Assembly (NCBI GenBank): GCA_963703565.1
Contig: CAVPEW010000007.1
Location: forward strand, 5,240 to 69,239
Source of the DNA: an uncultured Microthrixaceae bacterium
Lineage (GTDB): Bacteria; Actinomycetota; Acidimicrobiia; Acidimicrobiales; VFJN01
Length of the DNA: 64,000 bases
Direction of reading: 5' to 3'
Shown here: positions 18,143 to 26,905 of the stretch, one piece after another
Layout: every line of letters begins with the position of its first letter
How positions within the stretch are numbered: the first letter of the stretch is position 1
Position numbers and translations under genes: made by a program
Notes under the pieces: generated by a model
Database searches by the model: none
The model's input: only the letters and a program-made list of their open reading frames with translations
What the model was told of the DNA's origin: nothing

Positions 18143-18807
18143 GATTCCTCCAGGAGTGGCCCGAAGGCCAGCGAGCCGACGAAGAGGTAGAGGCCGGCGA
18201 AGAAGCCCAACGCGGCGCACCAGGGCCAACCGTCGGACGCCGCTCCCCCCAGGGCGGCGTCGAACGACTCGGTGGCACCGATGAGGACCGGGGCCACCAC
18301 GGGCAGCAACAGGACGGGTAGCAGCGTCTCTCGGACGCGCAGGCCGGCGGCGAGCACGCCGTACAGCGTGCCCGCTGCGGCGAGGGCGACGGTCGCGGCC
18401 AGCGCCGTGGCCCCCAGCAGCAGCACGCCGGTCACGTCGCGCCCGTAGAGCACGACCACTCCGGCGGCGAGCAGGACCTCCAGCGCGGCGAGCTGCACGG
18501 CGATGGCCGCTGCCTTGCCCAGGAACACCCCGGCCGGGTCGAGACCCGACAGGCGCAGAGCATCTCGCCCCCCGTCGGAGGCCTCGATGGTGAACGCACG
18601 CTGGATGGCGAACAGTGCGCAGAACAGCACCGCCACCCAGAACAGCCCCGAGCTGGCCCGGTCGAGGATCCCCCGATCGGGGTCGAGCGCGAAGGCGAAC
18701 AGGATCAGCACCAGCACGGCGAAGGGCGCGATCTGCCCGGTGACCACCCGCGCCCGCCACTCGATGCGCAGGTCCTTGCCGGCAACGAGCGCCGCGTCGC
18801 GCCACAC
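18139..18807 (-). CDS. ccmB: heme exporter protein CcmB
   Basis: 222 aa, six hydrophobic segments, KDLRIEWRAR...FAIQRAFTIE...RLSGLD pattern. Confidence 0.8.
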   Translation of the reverse strand: MWRDAALVAGKDLRIEWRARVVTGQIAPFAVLVLILFAFALDPDRGILDRASSGLFWVAVLFCALFAIQRAFTIEASDGGRDALRLSGLDPAGVFLGKAAAIAVQLAALEVLLAAGVVVLYGRDVTGVLLLGATALAATVALAAAGTLYGVLAAGLRVRETLLPVLLLPVVAPVLIGATESFDAALGGAASDGWPWCAALGFFAGLYLFVGSLAFGPLLEES

Positions 18808-18810
18808 CGC

Positions 18811-19533
18811 TCAGCGACCGCCCGGGATCACGGCGGAGGGCTCGGAAGCCGGGACAGCCACCTCGACGGGAGCGTCGGTCCCGGACGAGGCGCAGGCGGC
18901 CGTCCCGGCGTCGAGGGACACGACCGTGTCGGCGAGGGCCTCGGCCCGGTCGAGCTCATGGGACGACAGCACCACGGTCGCCCCAGACGCTACCGCGGAG
19001 CGCACGAGCTGGTCGACGAGGTCGCGACCCTCCCGGTCGATGCCGGCATGGGGCTCGTCGAGCAGCCACAGGCGGGGTCGCCGGGCGACCAGGCAGGCCA
19101 GAGCCGCTCGGCGGCGCTGACCTGCCGAGAGCCTCGCCACGGCGACCTCGGCCAGGCGCCCGTCGACGCCGAGCAGGGCCGCGGCCGCGGCGATCTCGGC
19201 CTCGGACGCTCCCGCCGCCCGCCCCCAGAAGCGGATGTTGTCCACGACGCCGAGGTCCTCGTAGAGGCCGCTCTGGTGGCCCAACAGCCCGACGTGGCTC
19301 CTCAGGCGGCGGCGGTCCGAGGCGTCGGTCAGGTCGTGGCCCAGCACGCTGCCCTCACCGCGCGCGAGCGGCAGCAGCCCCGCGCAGCAGCGCAACAGGG
19401 TCGTCTTGCCCGCCCCGTTGGGGCCGCGCAGCAACACGATCGCTCCGGCGGCGACATCGAGGTCGATCCCGGCCAGAGCGGGGAAGCGGCCCAGCAGCGT
19501 CACCGCGCCTCGAAGGTGGACGACGGGCTCCAT
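18811..19533 (-). CDS. ccmA: heme ABC exporter ATP-binding protein CcmA
   Basis: GPNGAGKTTLLRCCAGL (Walker A), LSAGQRRRAALA (signature), LWLLDEPHAGID (Walker B). Confidence 0.85.
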   Translation of the reverse strand: MEPVVHLRGAVTLLGRFPALAGIDLDVAAGAIVLLRGPNGAGKTTLLRCCAGLLPLARGEGSVLGHDLTDASDRRRLRSHVGLLGHQSGLYEDLGVVDNIRFWGRAAGASEAEIAAAAALLGVDGRLAEVAVARLSAGQRRRAALACLVARRPRLWLLDEPHAGIDREGRDLVDQLVRSAVASGATVVLSSHELDRAEALADTVVSLDAGTAACASSGTDAPVEVAVPASEPSAVIPGGR

Positions 19534-19594
19534 GGGGCTCGGGGGAGTCTACGAAGGCCCACCGCGACCGACCAAGGTCAGACGAGGTCGTAGC

Positions 19595-20546
19595 GTGCGA
19601 ACCGTGCGCTGGTCGCGGACACTGGGCGCGGTCGGGGGCCTGCTCCTTCTGGTAGGGGTGCTGCTGCTCGGCTTCGTCGCCCAGCAGCTCTGGGGCACCG
19701 GCCTGCACGAATCCCGCGCCCAGGACGACCTGCGCCGCGAGTTCGCTGCCCGCCTCGCCGCAGCCGACGGAGCCGACGGGCCGGGCCCGGGCGGACCCGG
19801 GGCCACCGTCGGCACCTCCACCGGGGGGACCACGACGACAACGTCTGTCGCGTCGGGTCCCGCACCGGCGGCGACCGCCACGGCGGTCGAGGGCGAACCG
19901 GCCGCTCGGCTGGTCATCCCCAGGATCGGCGTGGACAAGATCGTCGTCGAGGGGGTCGACCTGTCGGACCTGCGGCGGGGGCCTGGCCACTACCCGTCCA
20001 CGCCGCTGCCCGGCCAGGCCGGCAATGCCGCCATAGCAGGGCACCGCACCACCTACGGCGCGCCGTTCAACCGCATCGACGAGCTCGTCGCCGGCGACGA
20101 GATCATCGCCGAGACGACGCAGGGCCGTTTCCGCTACCTGGTGCGCGAGCACAGGATCGTGGACCCCAGCGAGGTGTCGGTGCTCACCGGCACCGGCCGT
20201 GACCAGCTCACCCTCACCGCCTGCCACCCGCGGTACTCGGCCCGCCAGCGCATCGTGGTGATCGCCGAGCTTCTCCGCCGGGCAGGTACCCGCCCCGTCC
20301 CCCCCGGCCGGCACCTCGGGGACCAGGGCCGGCCCGGTCACGCCCGGCGCGCTCGACGGCACCGATGCCCGCCCGGGGAGGGCCGCCGGCTGGGCTGTGG
20401 CCTGCGCAGCGGTCGCGCTCGCCGCCTGGTGGGTCGGACGGAGATGGCGGAGGCTTCCCGCCTACGCCCTCGCCCTGCCCCTGATGGGGTTCGGGCTGTT
20501 CTGGTTCTACGACGAGGTCGGGCGGCTGCTGCCGGGCAACTACTGA
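19595..20546 (+). pseudogene. sortase (class E-like), catalytic domain intact, C-terminal linker and TM tail in the +1 frame (frameshift or assembly indel)
   Basis: N-terminal TM (LGAVGGLLLLVGVLLLGF), AIAGHRTTYGAPF (His), QLTLTACHPRYSARQRIVVIAEL (TLxTC Cys and Arg). After that the frame becomes Arg-rich junk and runs into the next gene. The +1 frame (open from 20262) reads ...PAPSPPAGTSGT...AAGWAVACAAVALAAWWVGRRWRRLPAYALALPLMGFGLFWFYDEVGRLLPGNY* and stops at 20544-20546. A C7 run lies at 20299-20305. Confidence 0.65.
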
Positions 20547-20623
20547 CGGTCAGCGGCCATGGCGCCGCCGTCACCCGAGGCCCCTATGCTGCACCGACCC
20601 GACCGACGGAGGGCGAGTCAGCG

Positions 20624-20992
20624 ATGCGTCACCGCCGCCCAACCGAGCGCAACCTCCCGATCGCGGCGCGGTCGCGCCTGGTCGTGAGCGCGGCTGTCCT
20701 GGGTGCCTTGCTGATCCCCGCGGCCTGCTCGAGCGGCTCGGGCGACGAGTTCCGCTCCGGGATCGAGGACGGCTTCTCCGACGCCGGGCTCGATCTCGAC
20801 GACTCCCAGGTCGACTGCGTGACCGACCGGGTCGTGCGAGCGCTGGGAGGCGAGGACGGCCTCGACAACCTCACGGAGGACTACGACTCGCTGTCGGATG
20901 TACCCGGGTCCGTCCAGTCCCGGATCACCGCCGCCACCGCCGACGCGCTCGAGAGCTGCGAGATCGACGTCACAGACACCACGACGGGTTGA
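20624..20992 (+). CDS. lipoprotein (hypothetical)
   Basis: MRHRRPTERNLPIAARSRLVVSAAVLGALLIPAAC|SSGSG has a lipobox-like signal. GGAGGG lies upstream of the ATG at 20624. The mature part is acidic with two further Cys. Confidence 0.6.
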   Translation: MRHRRPTERNLPIAARSRLVVSAAVLGALLIPAACSSGSGDEFRSGIEDGFSDAGLDLDDSQVDCVTDRVVRALGGEDGLDNLTEDYDSLSDVPGSVQSRITAATADALESCEIDVTDTTTG

Positions 20993-21053
20993 CCGCAGCG
21001 TCCGCGGGGCCCTCCCGGGCCCGCGATCGCCGTACCGGTAGCGTCGAGGTCCC

Positions 21054-21848
21054 ATGCTCGTGGTCGGCTGCGTCCTGGCCGGGGCTCTGCTAGGAGCAAC
21101 CCGGAGGCCGCTCGCCAGACATCACCGCCGCCCCATCGTACGGGCGCGCTGGGCGTTGATCGTCGGGGCGCTCGCCCAGGCCGGCGCGTGGTCGACCTCG
21201 GGCGGCTCGGCGGCGGCGGCTCTCGCGGTCGGCTTGGCCGCGATCGTCGTCGCCGGCCTGGCCAACCGCGCGGTGACGGGTCTGGCCGTGGTCGGGCTCG
21301 GGGCCGCTCTCAACCTGGCGGCAGTACTGCTCCACGGGGGGATGCCGGTGCGCGCCAGCGCGCTCGTCGAAGCCGGGATCGCGCGTCCCGGCGAGCTCGA
21401 GCACATCGAGCTGCGGGGCGGGCGCCACCTCGGCGGCGACGGACCTGCTGGGCTGATCGGCGATGCCCTGCCCGTGGAGCCACTGGGCCAGGTGCTGTCC
21501 TTCGGCGATCTCATCGTGGTCGCCGGTGCCACCGACGCCGCGGCAGCTCTCGCACGCCGGCGGCGGCGCCCCCAGCCCGGCACCCCGCCTTGGCCGGACG
21601 GCGCGGACCGGGTCCGCCGCGCAGCAAGCTATCGAGGCCCCGGCAGGCCCGGAGCAGGCTCGGCACCCTCACCGACCACAGCGGCGAGCGCGCTCCATGT
21701 CTGTGGCCTTGCCCCCAGGGCGGATCCGGCGTCGGGATGCCAGTGCTCCGCCCAGTTCGAACGCCACGCCCCAGCCTGCAACGAGGCGCCGAGCGACGAG
21801 GCCACCGCGGCGTCTCCCCTGCGCAGCGCCGCCACCCAGAACAGGTAG
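21054..21848 (+). CDS. DUF5317-like integral membrane protein with a long low-complexity tail
   Basis: Four hydrophobic helices and SFGDLIVVAGATDAAA near residue 160. The last ~90 codons are Arg/Pro-rich and overlap the convergent hydrolase gene. Confidence 0.45.
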   Translation: MLVVGCVLAGALLGATRRPLARHHRRPIVRARWALIVGALAQAGAWSTSGGSAAAALAVGLAAIVVAGLANRAVTGLAVVGLGAALNLAAVLLHGGMPVRASALVEAGIARPGELEHIELRGGRHLGGDGPAGLIGDALPVEPLGQVLSFGDLIVVAGATDAAAALARRRRRPQPGTPPWPDGADRVRRAASYRGPGRPGAGSAPSPTTAASALHVCGLAPRADPASGCQCSAQFERHAPACNEAPSDEATAASPLRSAATQNR

Positions 21849-22828
21849 GTGAGCTGAGGCCAGGCCGACCCTCGCCAGTAGGTGTCGGGCGCGAAGCACG
21901 GCTCGTCGCGGTGCACCCCGCACGGCCCGAAGCGTGCACCCAGCGCGGTGGTGTCGACCAGCTGGGCCAGCGCCTCGGATGCTCCCCGCCCGCCGACCAG
22001 GCACGGAAGCAGCGCGTCCAGGGTGCGCACCGCGCCGGAGGCCCCCTCGGTCGCGCCATCGTCGAGCCATGTCGACGAAGTCGGCTCCCAGCGCTGCTCG
22101 AGGGCGTCGGCGAGCTCGTCGGCCTCTGCCGTGAGCAGCCCGTCACCGGTCAGGCCGGCCAGCTCCCGGGCGTTGAACGCCACGAGCGCGTTGAAACCCA
22201 CCGAGCCGACCGCGAACCCGGGGTTGGACAGCGGGGACCCCGATCTGGACCGCTCGATCGTGCCGATCAGCTCGCCCTTGCGGACCCGCCAGCGCCGGGG
22301 CGACCACGCCTCGCACGTCGAGTCCCACCGGGGGCTGTCGTCGCATCCCGACTCCCACGGGTGGCACAGCTGGATCAGACCCCCCGGCGAGCGGCGGCGG
22401 CGGCGGAGCAGGAAGGCGAGCGCGGCCGTGGCCCGCTCGACCAGCTCGGGGGCAACGTCCAACCCGTGCCGGTGCATCTCGGCGATCGCGTGACCCACCA
22501 TGGGCGGCTGGGTGATCGAAGAGGCGTCGGCACGTCCCCACAGCCGGGCATGGTCGACTGGGGCGCCTCCCGCGTAGCGGATGTGGGGAACGAAGCCGTC
22601 GGCGGCCTGCGACGACAGCGCCGCAGCCAGCTCGACCCCGGCGCGCTCGTCGCCCAGGTGGGCCCAGACCACGGCGTGGAAGCAACTGTCCCAGAGCCAC
22701 TGCCAGGGGTAGCGCGAAGGGTTGGGCACGCAGTGGTCGCCCCGCCAGGCTGACTCGAGCAGCTGACGGGCCAGGACCGCCAGCCCGGGTCGTTCGCCGC
22801 CCGCAGCAGCCGCCTCGACCCCGCCCAC
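21629..22828 (-). CDS. GH63-like / MGH1-like glycoside hydrolase ((alpha/alpha)6-barrel)
   Basis: YPWQWLWDSCFHAVVWAHLGD...LCHPWESGCDDSPRWD...YWRGSAWPQLTYLFWVA...NWAEHWHPDAGSALGARPQTWSA. I chose the GTG at 22828. The ORF is open to 22888, which would overlap the divergent GT4 start. Confidence 0.65.
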   Translation of the reverse strand: MGGVEAAAAGGERPGLAVLARQLLESAWRGDHCVPNPSRYPWQWLWDSCFHAVVWAHLGDERAGVELAAALSSQAADGFVPHIRYAGGAPVDHARLWGRADASSITQPPMVGHAIAEMHRHGLDVAPELVERATAALAFLLRRRRRSPGGLIQLCHPWESGCDDSPRWDSTCEAWSPRRWRVRKGELIGTIERSRSGSPLSNPGFAVGSVGFNALVAFNARELAGLTGDGLLTAEADELADALEQRWEPTSSTWLDDGATEGASGAVRTLDALLPCLVGGRGASEALAQLVDTTALGARFGPCGVHRDEPCFAPDTYWRGSAWPQLTYLFWVAALRRGDAAVASSLGASLQAGAWRSNWAEHWHPDAGSALGARPQTWSALAAVVGEGAEPAPGLPGPR

Positions 22829-22846
22829 TAGGCTGCGCCCTCGCCC

Positions 22847-24184
22847 ATGACGCAGGTCGCGCTCGTATCGTTCCGCCTGGGCCTGCACGACGGGGTGTCT
22901 GCAGTGGCCGCCACCTGGGCGCGTTCGCTCACCGAGCTGGGCTGCGCGGTGCGCACCGTCGCCGGCGAGGGCCCCGTCGATCGCGTCGTGGCCGGCCTGG
23001 CGATCGGCGACGAGCGCCCCGTTGACCTGAGCTCGCTCGACGACGCCCTCGATGGGGTGGACCTGACCGTGGTCGAGAACCTGTGCACGATCCCGCTGAA
23101 CCTACCGGCGGCGCGGGCGGTGGCCGGGCGGCTGGCGGGCCGGGCAGCCGTCCTGCACCACCACGATCCCGCCTGGCAGCGTGCCGAGCTCGCCGCCATC
23201 ACAGAGCTCCCGCCCCACGACGAGGCCTGGCGCCACGTCGTGATCAACCAGCTCACCGCGGTCGAGTTCGCCGGACGCGGGCTGCATGCCAGGCTGATCC
23301 GCAACGCGTTCGACCCCGACGAACCGCCCGGTGACCGGGCTGCCACCCGGGCCCGCCTGGGAGTGGGTGCGCGCGAGACACTGGTCCTGCACCCGGTTCG
23401 GGCCATCGCCCGCAAGGACGTGCCGCGTGCCCTGCGCCTCGCAGAGGACCTCGACGCGACCTACTGGCTGCCCGGGCCGGCCGAGGATGGCTATGGCGAC
23501 GAGCTGGGCAGGATCCTGTCGCGGGCGCGGGTCAAGGTGTTGCGGGAGCCCGTGCTCCCCGGCCCGTCCGCGATGGCGGACGCCTACGCCGCCTGCGACC
23601 TGGTGGCGTTCCCGTCCCGTTGGGAGGGGTTCGGGAACCCACCGGTGGAGGCGGCGGTGCACCACCGGCCCGTGGCGGTGGGTCCCTACCCAGTGGCCGC
23701 GGAGCTGCGGGCGCTCGGCTTCGAGTGGTTCGATCTGCAGGACACCGCCGGCATCGCCGAGTTCCTTCGCTTCCCCGACGAGGGGCTGCTGGCCAGGAAC
23801 CACGCCGTGGTGCGCAGGCACCTGTCGCTCGACCACCTGCGCGCCGAGGCTCGGATCGCTGCTGGCCGAGATGGGGATCGGACCCGGACCCCGCAGCGGG
23901 CGGCATGGCACCATGGCCACGTGACCGGCCCGGCCGACGACCCCGTCCTGGTCCGGCGAGCCCACATCTCCCGTGCCGTCGGCATGGGACAGCGCGTCGG
24001 CTACGGGGCGTTCGCCCTGGCGATCATCGTCTTCGTGGTCGGATTCGCCGTCGGCTTCTCCTCGGCCACCGTGACGGTGATAGTCGCCTCGCTCGTCGTC
24101 GGGTCGGTCGTCCTCGCGCCGGCGATCGTGTTCGGCTACGCCGTTCGGGCGGCCGAGCGCGACGAGCACGAATCCGGTACCTGA
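22847..24184 (+). CDS. glycosyltransferase family 4 (GT-B), with a 2-TM C-terminal extension that may be a separate small ORF
   Basis: MTQVALVSFRLGLHDGVSAV... and the ACDLVAFPSRWEGFGNPPVEAA (E-x7-E region) motif. The last ~85 codons read VTGPADDPVLV...GYGAFALAIIVFVVGFAVGFSSATVTVIVASLVVGSVVLAPAIVFGYAV. Confidence 0.7.
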   Translation: MTQVALVSFRLGLHDGVSAVAATWARSLTELGCAVRTVAGEGPVDRVVAGLAIGDERPVDLSSLDDALDGVDLTVVENLCTIPLNLPAARAVAGRLAGRAAVLHHHDPAWQRAELAAITELPPHDEAWRHVVINQLTAVEFAGRGLHARLIRNAFDPDEPPGDRAATRARLGVGARETLVLHPVRAIARKDVPRALRLAEDLDATYWLPGPAEDGYGDELGRILSRARVKVLREPVLPGPSAMADAYAACDLVAFPSRWEGFGNPPVEAAVHHRPVAVGPYPVAAELRALGFEWFDLQDTAGIAEFLRFPDEGLLARNHAVVRRHLSLDHLRAEARIAAGRDGDRTRTPQRAAWHHGHVTGPADDPVLVRRAHISRAVGMGQRVGYGAFALAIIVFVVGFAVGFSSATVTVIVASLVVGSVVLAPAIVFGYAVRAAERDEHESGT

Positions 24185-24653
24185 TCCGCGGGGCGACCGC
24201 CCCGGGGGACCGGGCCGACCCCGGGCGGGTACCGGGGCCGGCCCGGCGGTCACCAACCGCCGCTCTCGCCCGCCCCGGGGGGAAGGGCCGAGCGGAAGCG
24301 GCGGCGGCGGAGCTGGGAGGCCAGAAGGGATGCGCCCGACCGGGTCGCCGGCAGGGGCCGGATCGGCTCGCTCGGGCGCCGCGTGACCAGGGCCGGGCGC
24401 TGCTTGGGTGGGCGCACCCGGAACGGTTCGCCGCCTCCGCCATCCGGTCCTGCCGGCGCCACACCGATCACGCCCGGCGCGGCGATGTGCGGACAAGGGC
24501 ATCAGGGACTCGCAGACGGCATCAGGGCAGGAGCGGACGCACCCCGCGTCGAACTCCCCTGTTGGGCCGAAGGCACCCACGCGAGCGCCGGCGTGAGGCG
24601 AGGAAGGGCCCCCGGCCAGACGTGCAGCGCCGGGACAGCGGGGAGGAGCAACG

Positions 24654-25412
24654 ATGGTCACGAGCTCGGGTCGTAACCCCACCACCGTGGACCGGGTGGC
24701 GCCCACCGAGGTGCCCCTCGAGGCGCCCGACGGCGGCGAGCGCCGATCAGCGCCCGGGCTTCGACTGCCCAACGGCGCGGGCCTGCCGAGCTGGGCCGGC
24801 CGAGCGCTCGGCGCAGCCGCGGCGCTCACGCTGGCCGTCGGCCTCGTGGGCCTGCTCTCGGTCGACGACGGGACCACCGCTCGCACCAGCACCGAGCAGG
24901 CAGCCGACGCGGCCCGGGCAGGCACCGGGCTCGACCGCCTCTCCCCCCTGCCGGATACGTCCACGACGACGCCGGGCGACTCGGTGTCGGTCGACAAGCC
25001 GGCCGAGGTCGGCTCCAGCTCCTCGGCGCTCGACGAACTGATCCTCGAGCCGTTCGGCGCTCCCACCGGGCTGGGCGTGCCAGACCCCGGCGACCAGGAC
25101 TACCGGCGGGCCCTGCCCTCCGCGGGCGGGGGCTTTCCTGCCGGTTCGCCCGTAGGGCAGCCCGGGCCCGGTGCGGCACCGACGCCGATCGTGGCTCCGA
25201 CGCCCGTGCCGACACCCGGCCAGCCGGCACCTTCCAGCCCGGCCGCACCGGCACCCGTGGGCGGATCGCCGACCATCAGCCTCGGCGCCCTCGGTGGCCT
25301 CAGCCTCGATTCGAGCTGCCTGGGGCTGAAGCTGCTGGGAACCAACGTGGGCTGCGACCCCGCCACAGGCGAGGCCGGGTTGTCGCTGCTGGGGATCCCG
25401 CTGCTGCCCTGA
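24654..25412 (+). CDS. hypothetical membrane-anchored / secreted Pro-rich protein
   Basis: GGAGGAGCAACG precedes the ATG. One TM (ALGAAAALTLAVGLVGLL), a Pro/Thr-rich linker and a Cys-containing C-terminus. Confidence 0.5.
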   Translation: MVTSSGRNPTTVDRVAPTEVPLEAPDGGERRSAPGLRLPNGAGLPSWAGRALGAAAALTLAVGLVGLLSVDDGTTARTSTEQAADAARAGTGLDRLSPLPDTSTTTPGDSVSVDKPAEVGSSSSALDELILEPFGAPTGLGVPDPGDQDYRRALPSAGGGFPAGSPVGQPGPGAAPTPIVAPTPVPTPGQPAPSSPAAPAPVGGSPTISLGALGGLSLDSSCLGLKLLGTNVGCDPATGEAGLSLLGIPLLP

Positions 25413-25473
25413 GGGCGAGACATCGGCGGCTCGGCACGGCTGGGACGAGCTGGACCGGCGGGACCCGCCGAGC

Positions 25474-26835
<1,362 letters not shown>

Positions 26836-26905
26836 CCGAGCGATGCTACCGGTGCGGTCAGGCGGACTTCGGAGCCACCGAGGGGCGCCGCTACCCTTCG
26901 CCGCC

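Noticed and set aside
19406-20992. 528-aa single ORF spanning the sortase and lipoprotein
   Set aside because: It is a chimera. The sortase catalytic domain, about 115 codons of Arg-rich junk, and a complete lipoprotein with its own Shine-Dalgarno sequence, ATG and signal peptide happen to share a frame. I interpret it as two genes plus a frameshifted sortase tail.
24250-24471. 73-aa minus-strand ORF in the long non-coding gap
   Set aside because: It has a GTG start without a clear Shine-Dalgarno sequence. Its Arg/Pro-rich low-complexity sequence (…RRPSEPIRPLPATRSG…QLRRRRFRS…) is indistinguishable from shadow ORFs. I kept it only as a remark under the gap finding.
26836-26905. Possible T-box or attenuator in the cysS-valS divergent region
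   Set aside because: The gap is only 70 nt, too short for a T-box leader, and no specifier or T-box sequence is visible.
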